A stretch of DNA of 48,263 bases, from positions 1-48,263 of the forward strand of contig RDOB01000012.1 of the NCBI GenBank assembly GCA_011364965.1. Reading direction: 5' to 3'. The position numbers were made by a program, and so were the translations under genes. Positions within the stretch are counted from its first letter, which is position 1; each line of letters begins with the position of its first letter. This DNA comes from Candidatus Heimdallarchaeota archaeon (GTDB lineage Archaea > Asgardarchaeota > Heimdallarchaeia > Hodarchaeales > Hodarchaeaceae). Under the pieces are notes generated by a model, which saw only the letters and a program-made list of their open reading frames with translations, did not search any database and was not told the origin of the DNA. This document shows positions 27,371 through 36,746 of this stretch, piece after piece.

Positions 27371-28342
27371 ATGAAAAACGGAGTACTGATTATCGGTAAA
27401 ATCAGGTCGCGACTACAACTGACCCTGAATAACAGAATTGAAGCTTTGGTTGAAAATCCTTCTCAAATTCATGATTTAAGCGACTCCAAACGCGATTATG
27501 GTGGAATGGGTTTAGAGGTCGCTACTGGACTAGCTGTACTAGGAACTTCACCGATTTTAGTATCAGCAGTTGGACGAGACTTTGATTATCTCTTTCAGGA
27601 CTATCTTAACGACTATAACATACAATGTAAGGCATTTAGGAATAAAGAAAAGGAATCATCCATTTTAATTGAAATTAGAGACAAACAGGGGAAAAAAATT
27701 TACTTAAATCAAGAAAACGCTTATCTTTATTTGGCTGAAAATAATTTATCAGATGTTATGGATATTAATACAGCAACAAATCTCATAGGGGCATTTATTG
27801 CTACTGGAAAAGTTGAGGCTGACATAAAATTTATATCAGATGTTTATGAGTCAAATCCTCGAATTCCTATAATTCATTCCCCCGATGAGAATATTAATGA
27901 GCTTACAAAGTGGCGTCTTGAACAGGTTTTTGAAAAAATCTCAATTCTGGTTTGCTCAGAAGCTGAGCTCCAAAAGATAGAAAGCAATATGAATATTGAC
28001 CGGAAAGATATATTATCAACCGAGAATTATTCTAGATTGAAGTATATTGTGAGCTTGGAACATCGTGATCGTACGATTATCTATTCCAAGTCAAAAATGG
28101 TTAAAATTTCCGCTGCTCCTGCTGATGAAGTACTTTCCGAGACTGGTTGGAAAAATGCTTTTCGTGCTGGATTAATTTATGGGATTTTAAATAAAAAGCC
28201 AATAGAGGAAGCTGCTAAGCTTGGAGCTGCGTTGGCATCATATGCAGTGGAAACTCGGGAGTATTTTCCCTTCTATCCGAGCATTGAACAGGTTTCTCTC
28301 CGATCTTTTGAAGTTAAGGCTATAGATAAAAAATATAATTAA
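27371..28342 (+). CDS. PfkB/ribokinase-family protein with degenerate catalytic motif
   Basis: YGGMG..VA.GLA.LG, SAVGRDF, SEAE; C-terminal ETGWKNAFRAG in place of DxxGAGDAF. Confidence 0.8.
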   Translation: MKNGVLIIGKIRSRLQLTLNNRIEALVENPSQIHDLSDSKRDYGGMGLEVATGLAVLGTSPILVSAVGRDFDYLFQDYLNDYNIQCKAFRNKEKESSILIEIRDKQGKKIYLNQENAYLYLAENNLSDVMDINTATNLIGAFIATGKVEADIKFISDVYESNPRIPIIHSPDENINELTKWRLEQVFEKISILVCSEAELQKIESNMNIDRKDILSTENYSRLKYIVSLEHRDRTIIYSKSKMVKISAAPADEVLSETGWKNAFRAGLIYGILNKKPIEEAAKLGAALASYAVETREYFPFYPSIEQVSLRSFEVKAIDKKYN

Positions 28343-29313
28343 AAAAATTCTGAATAGCTGTACGCTAATTCATAATATTTTTGTGACAAAGCATTCAGTG
28401 ATTTTTTTTTCTCCTCATTTGAATTATTAGACGCTTGAAATCCATATACTTTTCCTCTAACATAAGCTCGGTAACATTTAAAGAAATAAATTATGTCCTC
28501 AAGTAATTCATCTTTACTTTCCTTGATATATTCACTCAAAAACGTATTTGATAGCTCACTTTTACCCCAAAAATCTAGGTCCATTGCGAGAAAACCTACA
28601 TCTTCCGCAACATCTCCGTAACGAAGTAAAGGATTAAACTCGATGCAATCAAAGATTTTAATTTCTTCATTTGGCAAAATGAAGATGTTTTGACTTTGCA
28701 AATCGCCATGGTTATCAGTTATTCTGTTCTCGTTGATTCTCTCTTGAAAAAGGCCTTTATTACCGTCTAAAAAACCACAAATTTTCGTTTTGAAGTTTTT
28801 ATCAATTTTTCTAAATTGCGAGGTTGTTCGAAAGTTCTCATCCCATTTTTCCCCGATGTACTTCAATTCTCCCCATTCTGGAACTTTATTGGTCTTCTTA
28901 TGAAAATCTGCAAGTTCACGTGCAATATTTTTGACAGCTTGTTCACTAACCAAATTCTTCTCAAGTAACTGACTCATCAACCGATCTTCGGGCATCTGTT
29001 TCATCCGTACGCCATATTCTATGATCTCATCCTCCCCATTGATTTTTCCCTTACTATCAATGGCGATTACATCCAAATAAATCTCAGGAGAGAATCTTGA
29101 ATTCAATTCGATCTCTTCATGGCAATATTTCTTTCGTAAATCTAAAGTGGAGAAATCAAGTATATCACCAAATTTTATCTCCTTTTTTACTTTATAAGCA
29201 AAATTTCCCGTTAAAAAAACCCATGAGATATGGGTTTCCCGAATTTCAATAGATTTTACAGGATGTTCATATGCAGATGCATTTAATAACATTTCAGGGT
29301 TGAAAGTGTTCAA
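28339..29313 (-). CDS. Aminoglycoside-phosphotransferase-like kinase
   Basis: ETHISWVFLTG..AYKVKK, HGDL..NIF, FDCIEFN, DV.FLAMDL, YRAYVRGKV. Confidence 0.88.
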   Translation of the reverse strand: MNTFNPEMLLNASAYEHPVKSIEIRETHISWVFLTGNFAYKVKKEIKFGDILDFSTLDLRKKYCHEEIELNSRFSPEIYLDVIAIDSKGKINGEDEIIEYGVRMKQMPEDRLMSQLLEKNLVSEQAVKNIARELADFHKKTNKVPEWGELKYIGEKWDENFRTTSQFRKIDKNFKTKICGFLDGNKGLFQERINENRITDNHGDLQSQNIFILPNEEIKIFDCIEFNPLLRYGDVAEDVGFLAMDLDFWGKSELSNTFLSEYIKESKDELLEDIIYFFKCYRAYVRGKVYGFQASNNSNEEKKKSLNALSQKYYELAYSYSEFF

Positions 29314-29842
29314 TATAACTCATCACTTCTCTAATGTTGATTTCAATATCTTTACCTGTGTTGACAATCAGATGCTTTTGAGTAATAGGTTCAAACCTTT
29401 TTTTCAACTCTATATAGATCTCAAAATTTGCATCACTGGTTTCTAGGTCTTGATCTAGTCTATTATTTATACGATTCTTGACTATTTCTTCTTTACAAAC
29501 CGTTTCAATTATCACCAGTTGCGTATCAAAATGTTTGCAAAGAGAGATGAGAGGCTCTCTAAGTTGAGCTGAATAGAAGGTTCCATCCACAATAACAGAA
29601 TGCTTTTGATGGATTAAAATTTCCACAAATGCATATAAGATATCATAGATGAAATTTCGATTCTTTTCCGAATAAAGATCTTCTCCAAATGGCATGTACT
29701 TATGTTCAGCCACTTTGAATATTCGTTTTCGGATAATATCTGTTGAGAGTAAAATAGGATGTGAATTTAACTCTTTTTGTAGTCTTTGTGCAAAGAAGGA
29801 CTTTCCTGTACCAGGTAACCCAGTAATAAGAATGAGAGACAC
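29294..29842 (-). CDS. P-loop kinase (AAA_33 / gluconate-kinase-like)
   Basis: GLPGTGKS, STDIIRK, VIVDGTF, R...R...SDA. Confidence 0.88.
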   Translation of the reverse strand: MSLILITGLPGTGKSFFAQRLQKELNSHPILLSTDIIRKRIFKVAEHKYMPFGEDLYSEKNRNFIYDILYAFVEILIHQKHSVIVDGTFYSAQLREPLISLCKHFDTQLVIIETVCKEEIVKNRINNRLDQDLETSDANFEIYIELKKRFEPITQKHLIVNTGKDIEINIREVMSYIEHFQP

Positions 29843-29917
29843 AATGGAATCCTTCGTAAGCTTCTAAAAAGAGGTCTCTTATGATAAAATAAAATACTAT
29901 TCTAAGCGAAGAAATTG

Positions 29918-30292
29918 TTACAAGGTAACTCCATGTGCTGCTGCACCATACGCCCACAAAGAGATTTGTTTGAAATCAACCAATTCGAGCCCGATATCCT
30001 CTAATTCGCGCCTCATCACCATTTTTAAACGATTGATTAAGATAGGTCTTTCTTTAACGATATCATCTTCATTCACATCTCCGATAATGACATCAATGTT
30101 CCGTTGAACTTGGAAAAAGAGGAAAACATTCACTGCGTCTTGATCAAGAATCCCAGAAGTTGCTGCTTTTAATAATTCGATATCCTTAACATGATAATTT
30201 AGAATCCCACGAAAATCAATTTCCTGACCTTTAGTTGATATTCGCGTATAAAAAAAGCTAAGGTTATAAATGCAATATTTTTGAACTTTCAT
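29918..30292 (-). CDS. Small protein resembling a stand-alone SPFH/Band-7 core domain
   Basis: STKGQEIDF...LNYHVKD ... IIGDVNEDDIVKER..I...L...EL..IGLELVDF pattern. Confidence 0.55.
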   Translation of the reverse strand: MKVQKYCIYNLSFFYTRISTKGQEIDFRGILNYHVKDIELLKAATSGILDQDAVNVFLFFQVQRNIDVIIGDVNEDDIVKERPILINRLKMVMRRELEDIGLELVDFKQISLWAYGAAAHGVTL

Positions 30293-30350
30293 TCTAACAT
30301 TTCCATCAGATTCTTTATCTAATTACGCTTTAAGATTGAAACATCTTGAA

Positions 30351-32120
30351 TTAGATAATTACATTAGTAAATATAAATTTATCAACATCAATTAATCCCT
30401 TATCTGTTAATTTTAAATGAGGGATTACAGGTAAAGCCATAAACGATAACGCCATTAATGGCTCATCAAATTGTGTTAGTTCTTTAAAGATCTTATTTAT
30501 ACCTTTCAGCTGGTTATAGAGGGATTGATAAGATTCAATACTCATCAATCCTGCAACAGGTAATGGAACTTCATAAATTTCATCATTTACCATAACGACA
30601 TAGCCTCCCCGGATCTTCCTAACCTGATTAATAGCTCGAATCATCATCTGAGGATTTGAACCGGTAATTATAAGGTTGTGGCTATCATGAGCTACTGTTG
30701 TAGCCATAGCAAAATTTTTGTTTTGAATACCGAAACCTTTAATGAAACCATTTCCAATGTTCCCATTTATTCCATAGCGCTCAATAACTGATAAAGAAAG
30801 AATATCATTTTCAGGTTGAGGGTAAACAATCCCATTTTTAACTTCCAATTCAATGGATAAGGCATTAGTAAGAAGAGAATGTGGTAAAACTTCAATGATC
30901 TTCATTGGATACCTTCCATCCGGAATATCCGTTTTTATCTGCAGCATGGAGGTAATAATTTCATTTTTTAATTTTATTGTATCCGTGGTCCATTCAGGGT
31001 ACTCCACTGGTGAATATTCCCAAAGAAGTTGATTATTTTGGTAAACTATTATTCCATCGAATAAGACAGTTTCAACTTGAAAATTCTCGAGATCTTGTAA
31101 GATAACTATATCTGCGTTTTTTCCAGGTGATAGACTCCCAAATATCTTCTCTAATCCAAGATAAGTTGCAGTATTGATTGTAACCATTTGTATTGCTTGA
31201 ATAGGATCAATTCCTTCCTGTACAGCGATTTGAAGTTGATGATTTAAATGGCCTTTTTCATACAGATCAATAACGTTCCGATCATCAGTTGCTAAGAGAC
31301 AATTACGAAGATCCAGATTTTTATTCTTTGTAGCTTTTAGTACATTTCTCAAATCCTTTGCGAGTGAACCCTGCCGAGCCATAACTCGCATACCCTTCCG
31401 TAATTTTTCGAGAAATTCCTCCGAAGTGGTACTTTCATGATCTGATCCGATACCTATGCTGATGTATGCATCTAAATCGTTACCTGAGACATTAGGGCTA
31501 TGGCCGTCCATAACTTTCAATGTTTTTCCTAATAGTACTTTTTTCAAAACTTCTTCATCTTTAAATAGTACACCAGGATAGTTCATAACCTCTCCAAGTC
31601 CAAAAAATCTTGGTTCATTGTTAATAAGAGTCTGAATGGATTTAGAGTCTATTATATGTCCAGAGGTTTCTAACCCTGGTGCAGCAGGTACACACGAAGG
31701 GATTTCAATAAGAAATCTCAATGGTAGATCTTCGGAATGATCGAGTAGAAATTTTAATCCATTTACTCCTAGGGTGTTTCCGATTTCATGCGGATCTAAC
31801 AAAACAGTTGTTGTGCCATGAGGAACCACAAGTTTTGAAAATTCTGCTGGTGGAAGCATCGTACTCTCAATATGAAGATGAGACTCTATGAAACCTGGCG
31901 CTATATATCTTCCACTAGCATCGAGTACCCGTTTGCAAGATTTCTCATCTATTTGTCCTGGTATTGCTACATTTATAATCTTATTCTTAAATATACGAAT
32001 ATCTGCAGGGTAAATCTCTCGTGTTAGAACATTAACAAGTAAACCGTTTTTGATAAGAATATCGGAGGAAATATCTCCCCGTGCTGCAGAAATCATGTCT
32101 TTAAGCTCTGAGATATTCAC
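30351..32120 (-). CDS. ade: Adenine deaminase
   Basis: PGFIESHLHIEST, DPHEIGN, GEVMNYPGV, DGHSP, SDHE, TDDR, VAHDSHN, ALPVIPHLKLTD. Confidence 0.95.
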   Translation of the reverse strand: MNISELKDMISAARGDISSDILIKNGLLVNVLTREIYPADIRIFKNKIINVAIPGQIDEKSCKRVLDASGRYIAPGFIESHLHIESTMLPPAEFSKLVVPHGTTTVLLDPHEIGNTLGVNGLKFLLDHSEDLPLRFLIEIPSCVPAAPGLETSGHIIDSKSIQTLINNEPRFFGLGEVMNYPGVLFKDEEVLKKVLLGKTLKVMDGHSPNVSGNDLDAYISIGIGSDHESTTSEEFLEKLRKGMRVMARQGSLAKDLRNVLKATKNKNLDLRNCLLATDDRNVIDLYEKGHLNHQLQIAVQEGIDPIQAIQMVTINTATYLGLEKIFGSLSPGKNADIVILQDLENFQVETVLFDGIIVYQNNQLLWEYSPVEYPEWTTDTIKLKNEIITSMLQIKTDIPDGRYPMKIIEVLPHSLLTNALSIELEVKNGIVYPQPENDILSLSVIERYGINGNIGNGFIKGFGIQNKNFAMATTVAHDSHNLIITGSNPQMMIRAINQVRKIRGGYVVMVNDEIYEVPLPVAGLMSIESYQSLYNQLKGINKIFKELTQFDEPLMALSFMALPVIPHLKLTDKGLIDVDKFIFTNVII

Positions 32121-32147
32121 TTAAAATAACTCCTAAGTTATATAGGA

Positions 32148-32996
32148 TTAATGAAACAATTTCACGATGATTTGCATAAGCTGGTCTGCCGTGATAACTT
32201 CTCTTTTAATAATTTCTAATTTTATTTCGTTCGTTTGGGATTTAAATCTGATATAATCATGATAATTTTCAATAAGTGCTTGCTTAAGCATCAGAGGTAA
32301 AGTTAACCTAAGAAATGATTTATTTCTTTCTGCTGTTTGATCCATATGATAGGAAACGATACTAATTAGTTCATCAGTTCTCGAGACGAGTTTTTCAAAA
32401 TCTCGACTTAGAACTTTGATAATTGATCCATCTTCACAAAGATCTTTATCTAATTCAAATACTTCTGTCATTGCTGCAGACATAGGTCTAAGAACATTTT
32501 CAGCAAATGTAGTAAGAGAGTTTTCAAGTTGTTCCTCAAAATCAATTTCCAAGTGGGTGTTAAGTGCGACAAAATAGTCTTTTCTTAATGGTCGTAATTC
32601 TGCAGTTGCAGGGTAAATATCTTTTGTAGATCCTCGAACAGATATTGGATATATATCTCCCAAATAAAATTCTAAATAACCAGCTTTGGGGATATCATGA
32701 GATAACAAAGTATATCCTTTAAGTTGTTGCGCTATTGCTTCTAGAAATTCTATTGTGATTAAAGGCATTAATTCCAGAGGAAAATCCTCATCTGGGTCAA
32801 CTCGTTTATGAATATCCATAAAAGGAAAGTTAAAAGAGACAATATCAAATTGTTTTTCATTTCCATCAATATTAAGTGTGCAACTTAATTTTTTCGGGGT
32901 TATTTGTATTGATTTAATCGCTTCTAGACCGCTTATCTCTAATGATTTATTTATAGACCCCTCAATTGACACAGGAGGGAAAAGCTGAAAATACAT
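32148..32996 (-). CDS. Hypothetical protein
   Basis: Long ORF; ATG at 32996 follows a GGTGAAAGGA RBS-like sequence; no motif recognised. Confidence 0.75.
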   Translation of the reverse strand: MYFQLFPPVSIEGSINKSLEISGLEAIKSIQITPKKLSCTLNIDGNEKQFDIVSFNFPFMDIHKRVDPDEDFPLELMPLITIEFLEAIAQQLKGYTLLSHDIPKAGYLEFYLGDIYPISVRGSTKDIYPATAELRPLRKDYFVALNTHLEIDFEEQLENSLTTFAENVLRPMSAAMTEVFELDKDLCEDGSIIKVLSRDFEKLVSRTDELISIVSYHMDQTAERNKSFLRLTLPLMLKQALIENYHDYIRFKSQTNEIKLEIIKREVITADQLMQIIVKLFH

Positions 32997-33101
32997 CTTC
33001 CTTTCACCACATAAAGAAAATCTATGCTTACCATCGTACTTCAAATTAATTATATTATAAGCGTTATTAGAGAAATTCTCTGTACAAAACGATGATAAAA
33101 A

Positions 33102-34913
33102 TCAATCTTTTCTTAATAGATCCATTAAACCACTAGATTCAAGCCATTCTCTATCTTTAGTTTTCATTTTAGAAAAATCTGAGTTTATATTTACATTTGA
33201 TAAGTTATACTGCCGAGGTTTGGAAATGGATGCGTTTAACTTGTTAACTATTTGAAGAACTTCTTCCTCGGATTTTTCATGAATTCTTTCTCGAAACCAG
33301 GCCTCTAAACTCTTCATATTTTTCTGATTTAGCCATCTGAAGTTTCCATCTAGACAATAGGTAACCCCCCAATCGTACTCATTGCGCTGAATTCTTCCAT
33401 GGGCTTGTTGTATTGAAATCAAAACTGCTTTTTCCAGAAAATCTGGGTATTTTGCAGCTTTCTTTCGTACAATAGGATCTCCCATCATAGGGAAAGGAAC
33501 TTTTGGGATAATGCATACACGTGCTAAATCATCATCTAAAGAAATCCCTTCCCATCCACTTGGAGTGATTAATACGTCTCCTTCCCTTTCGGTAATGAAA
33601 CGTTTAATTGCACCATCTGATTTTCCAGAAGTATGTGTTATCACCATTAAGCCAAGAGATTTTGCGGTAGTTTCCATTAAACGAGCCAATTCAAAGCTGG
33701 AAGACAGAATTAAAGATCTAAGATTTAATTTTTTAGTTAATTCAAGTAATTTTCGTGAATTTTTCTGGATATAATCAAATGCATTCTTTTTGCGGTCTTT
33801 TGAGGTGGAAAGGCGCTCTGCTTCCTTTAATAATATAAATGGATGAAGGTCTTTGTTGAAAGACGATACTTCATGGATAAAATGACAATGCTGGGGACTC
33901 AATCCTATTAGATTAGCTAAATATTCCCCATCGCCTATGGTTGCTGATAAAAACAGGTTTTTACTTCCCCTAAATAACTTAGAGAAGATAAAAGCAAGAT
34001 CAAAAGGTTGAAGGACAAGCTTGGTTGATCGTGATTCCCCATCTCTTTGAAAGAAAAATGCAAGATCAGATGAAACAGGGTTTTCAATCAACTCGGATAA
34101 TGCTAAAATCATCTCAGAGGATCGTCGAAGTTCTCTAAGATTATCATGGTTTGCAGCTACGGGATTTTCATTAAGTAATTTCGCCATTTCAGTCTCATAT
34201 GCTGCTAATGCTCCCTGTAACTTGTCCACATATTCCAGACCAGACTCTTGGGGAATCTCAAAATAATATTTATCCCCTAACTCTTCCGTCTCCCATGATT
34301 GAAATTGATTTAAAAGCTCTGGATCACTAGTTAATTTTTTTATCAAATTTTTCTTAATTTCAACCCGAAGTAAGTGTTCCAGATTTAATAAGTTATGAGC
34401 TTCGTCAAATATGCGAAAAGTTGCTTTATCATCTCCTAAATCTACATACTTGAATACCCACCAGTTTAAAATACGCACCTGACTTTTACGGATGTCTCTG
34501 CGCGCTTTCAATAATGCACATCGATGTCTAGCACTACAAGTTTGAGCATACAACGGATCAAAGGCACATGGAGAAATATTCGCTCCTGATTTGATGATAG
34601 GACAATAATAGGAACCTCTTCCTTTCAAAAGAGAGACAGAAAAACCATGTTTACGGGCATAGCGCTGCAGAATTTCATTCCAGAAATCCTGATGCATTTT
34701 ATAAGGCACCAAAATATCAATTTTGGCTGATGAATTATTTTTTAAGTAATCTGTTAAAATACAAGCAGCTAAATCAGTCTTACCTGATCCAGTTGGTAAG
34801 GAACAGAAGAAAGAATGGAAACGGGGCCAATTTTCTTGGATTAGAGTAAATGATCGATCTTGTTGAGGTCTAACTTGGGGATGGATAATTAAATCCGAAA
34901 TTAATGAATTCAC
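33102..34913 (-). CDS. DinG/XPD(Rad3)-family SF2 helicase with putative Fe-S Cys
   Basis: PTGSGKT, LKGR..YYC + 3 further Cys, FDEAHN, LSAT, WEGIS, PKVPFP, QQAHGRIQR..D.G. Confidence 0.88.
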   Translation of the reverse strand: MNSLISDLIIHPQVRPQQDRSFTLIQENWPRFHSFFCSLPTGSGKTDLAACILTDYLKNNSSAKIDILVPYKMHQDFWNEILQRYARKHGFSVSLLKGRGSYYCPIIKSGANISPCAFDPLYAQTCSARHRCALLKARRDIRKSQVRILNWWVFKYVDLGDDKATFRIFDEAHNLLNLEHLLRVEIKKNLIKKLTSDPELLNQFQSWETEELGDKYYFEIPQESGLEYVDKLQGALAAYETEMAKLLNENPVAANHDNLRELRRSSEMILALSELIENPVSSDLAFFFQRDGESRSTKLVLQPFDLAFIFSKLFRGSKNLFLSATIGDGEYLANLIGLSPQHCHFIHEVSSFNKDLHPFILLKEAERLSTSKDRKKNAFDYIQKNSRKLLELTKKLNLRSLILSSSFELARLMETTAKSLGLMVITHTSGKSDGAIKRFITEREGDVLITPSGWEGISLDDDLARVCIIPKVPFPMMGDPIVRKKAAKYPDFLEKAVLISIQQAHGRIQRNEYDWGVTYCLDGNFRWLNQKNMKSLEAWFRERIHEKSEEEVLQIVNKLNASISKPRQYNLSNVNINSDFSKMKTKDREWLESSGLMDLLRKD

Positions 34914-34987
34914 AGATTAACCTCATTCAATACTTCATCTGACCCAATAAAGGACTTATTGTATATAATTTAAAAAAATATTAAATT

Positions 34988-35203
34988 TTAATATTGTCGT
35001 CGGGCTTTTTTAATTTTTTTAGCAGTTTTTCGATCCATACCTTTGGGAGTTCGTGTTCGTGGAAATAATATTCCGTCACCTTCAGGTAAACTAGATTTTT
35101 CTCTTCGCTTCCGTTTGCTTTTGGATGATGGAGAAGCTTTTTCGCTCTCCTGTGGTTTTTTTTTCCTCTTCGGTTTGGGTAATCGCTTATCTTTGAGGGA
35201 CAT
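34988..35203 (-). CDS. Small highly basic protein (71 aa)
   Basis: 28 of 71 residues are K/R; occupies its own intergenic slot; TTTATATG at 35242-35235 upstream. Confidence 0.65.
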   Translation of the reverse strand: MSLKDKRLPKPKRKKKPQESEKASPSSKSKRKRREKSSLPEGDGILFPRTRTPKGMDRKTAKKIKKARRQY

Positions 35204-35259
35204 TCTTTATTCGATCCCAGAATCAGAGTTCTTACATATAAATCAATATATATTATGTA

Positions 35260-35958
35260 TTATTTATTCTTACGGAAGCGAATAAGAACACCTGTAAAGA
35301 AAGATTTCCCTTTTTCCAATTTTTTAATTTCTTTTAAAACCCCCTCCTCTTCTGGATATTTCTTTTGAATCATTTTTAATTGAATAAGAGCTTCTTTTTT
35401 CTCTCCCTTTTGAATATAGATTTTTGCTAGGGTTTTATTCGTTTTAAGGTCATTAGGATTGATTTTTTGACTTCTCTTTAATTTAATGACAGCTTCTTCT
35501 AGCTGGTTCATATCTTTTAGAATTAATCCTTGATTACGAATTGCTTTTGCAAAATCTGGTTTGATTTTGATCGCCTGATCAAATTGATCAAAGGCTTTCC
35601 AAGGCTTATTAATTTCCAATAGAATTTTTCCCGAGTTATAATAAGCCCATTCACTCTCATTGATGTTATTAGCTAATTCATAGTATTTTAAAGCCTTAGT
35701 TAAATTATCTTGGTCATAATGGAAATTACCAAGACGAATTATTAGTCGTTGGTTAAACATTTCCTGCAAATTTGCTTTATTTTCTTGATTTTCGATTATT
35801 TGATCGAATTTTTCAACCATTAATGAAAGCTGATTTAATTCTTCTGCAGAAAGAGCTGAAAATGTTAGATTATCTTTTATTTCTTGAGTGATACCAATAC
35901 TATCAAAAACCAGTGAAAGACTGTCCTGAAGTCGATAAATTTCCTGTGAGGTATTCAA
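35260..35958 (-). CDS. TPR-repeat protein
   Basis: Repeated AYYNSG..L...A...F.QAI.IKPD-type 34-aa helical units. Confidence 0.85.
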   Translation of the reverse strand: MNTSQEIYRLQDSLSLVFDSIGITQEIKDNLTFSALSAEELNQLSLMVEKFDQIIENQENKANLQEMFNQRLIIRLGNFHYDQDNLTKALKYYELANNINESEWAYYNSGKILLEINKPWKAFDQFDQAIKIKPDFAKAIRNQGLILKDMNQLEEAVIKLKRSQKINPNDLKTNKTLAKIYIQKGEKKEALIQLKMIQKKYPEEEGVLKEIKKLEKGKSFFTGVLIRFRKNK

Positions 35959-36298
35959 ATGCTATCACATATAATCTGTTCTGCTAAAATGGAGAATATT
36001 CAGGATTTGCTTTAATAATCCAAATTTTACCATCCACTATAATTCAAGATTTCTTATAAAATTTCGGTAAGTTATATAGAGTTCTTTATTCAAACTGATG
36101 TTCTTACCTCACAAATAATCTATTAGAAAATAATATGCTACTTGGGGGTCTTCGAGATTTGTTTATAGCTTGGAAGTTGAATTCAATAAATCATATTAAT
36201 ATCTGATTCAGTACTTTTAGTTGAAAGAGTAGCGGATGAAGTATAAATTATATCAGCACCACTGCTACTCGGATATCCACTACACGGACATGAAACGC

Positions 36299-36556
36299 AT
36301 GGTTGACGCTGTTGTATTATTGTGTGTATTTCCTGGAAAGGAGTATCAAGTGAAGGAAGAATTAAACAAGATTGAAGAAGTTAAGTCTTCCCGTATAACT
36401 TTTGGAGAATATGACTTGTTAGTGGAAGTAAAAACCGATAAAGTAAAAAGCTTAGGTACATTAATGACGAAAAAGATTCGAGCCATCGAAGGAGTCACAA
36501 AATCAATTACTTTAATTATAAGTGAGTCTTTAAACGATAATTCCCCAACAGATTGA
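36299..36556 (+). CDS. Lrp/AsnC ligand-binding (RAM) domain-only protein
   Basis: MVDAVVLL...PGKE..V...L, ITFGEYDLLV, KKIRAIEGV..SITLI; likely start ATG 36299. Confidence 0.85.
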   Translation: MVDAVVLLCVFPGKEYQVKEELNKIEEVKSSRITFGEYDLLVEVKTDKVKSLGTLMTKKIRAIEGVTKSITLIISESLNDNSPTD

Positions 36557-36604
36557 GAAAAAATTCATATTAAAGTAATGGTTTTAGAAATCGAATTATA
36601 TTTC

Positions 36605-36627
36605 ACTTTATAGGCGACCTATAAAGT
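36605..36627. promoter_or_regulatory. Perfect palindrome upstream of the thiamine ABC operon, candidate ThiR operator
   Basis: ACTTTATAGG-cga-CCTATAAAGT (10-bp arms) about 120 nt upstream of thiB; ThiR gene lies in the same locus. Confidence 0.6.
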
Positions 36628-36746
36628 ACGGTTATATTTTTTTAATTATCTCATCTAACGGTTGTTTGCCGTAGATGTGATGAAAATCATTCATTATGGT
36701 AATGAATTCAGTCACGTAACCTCAAAAACATCTAGAGGGCATTTAA

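Noticed and set aside
36677-36730. GTGATGA as a C-box of a C/D sRNA
   Set aside because: No CTGA D-box at a suitable distance.
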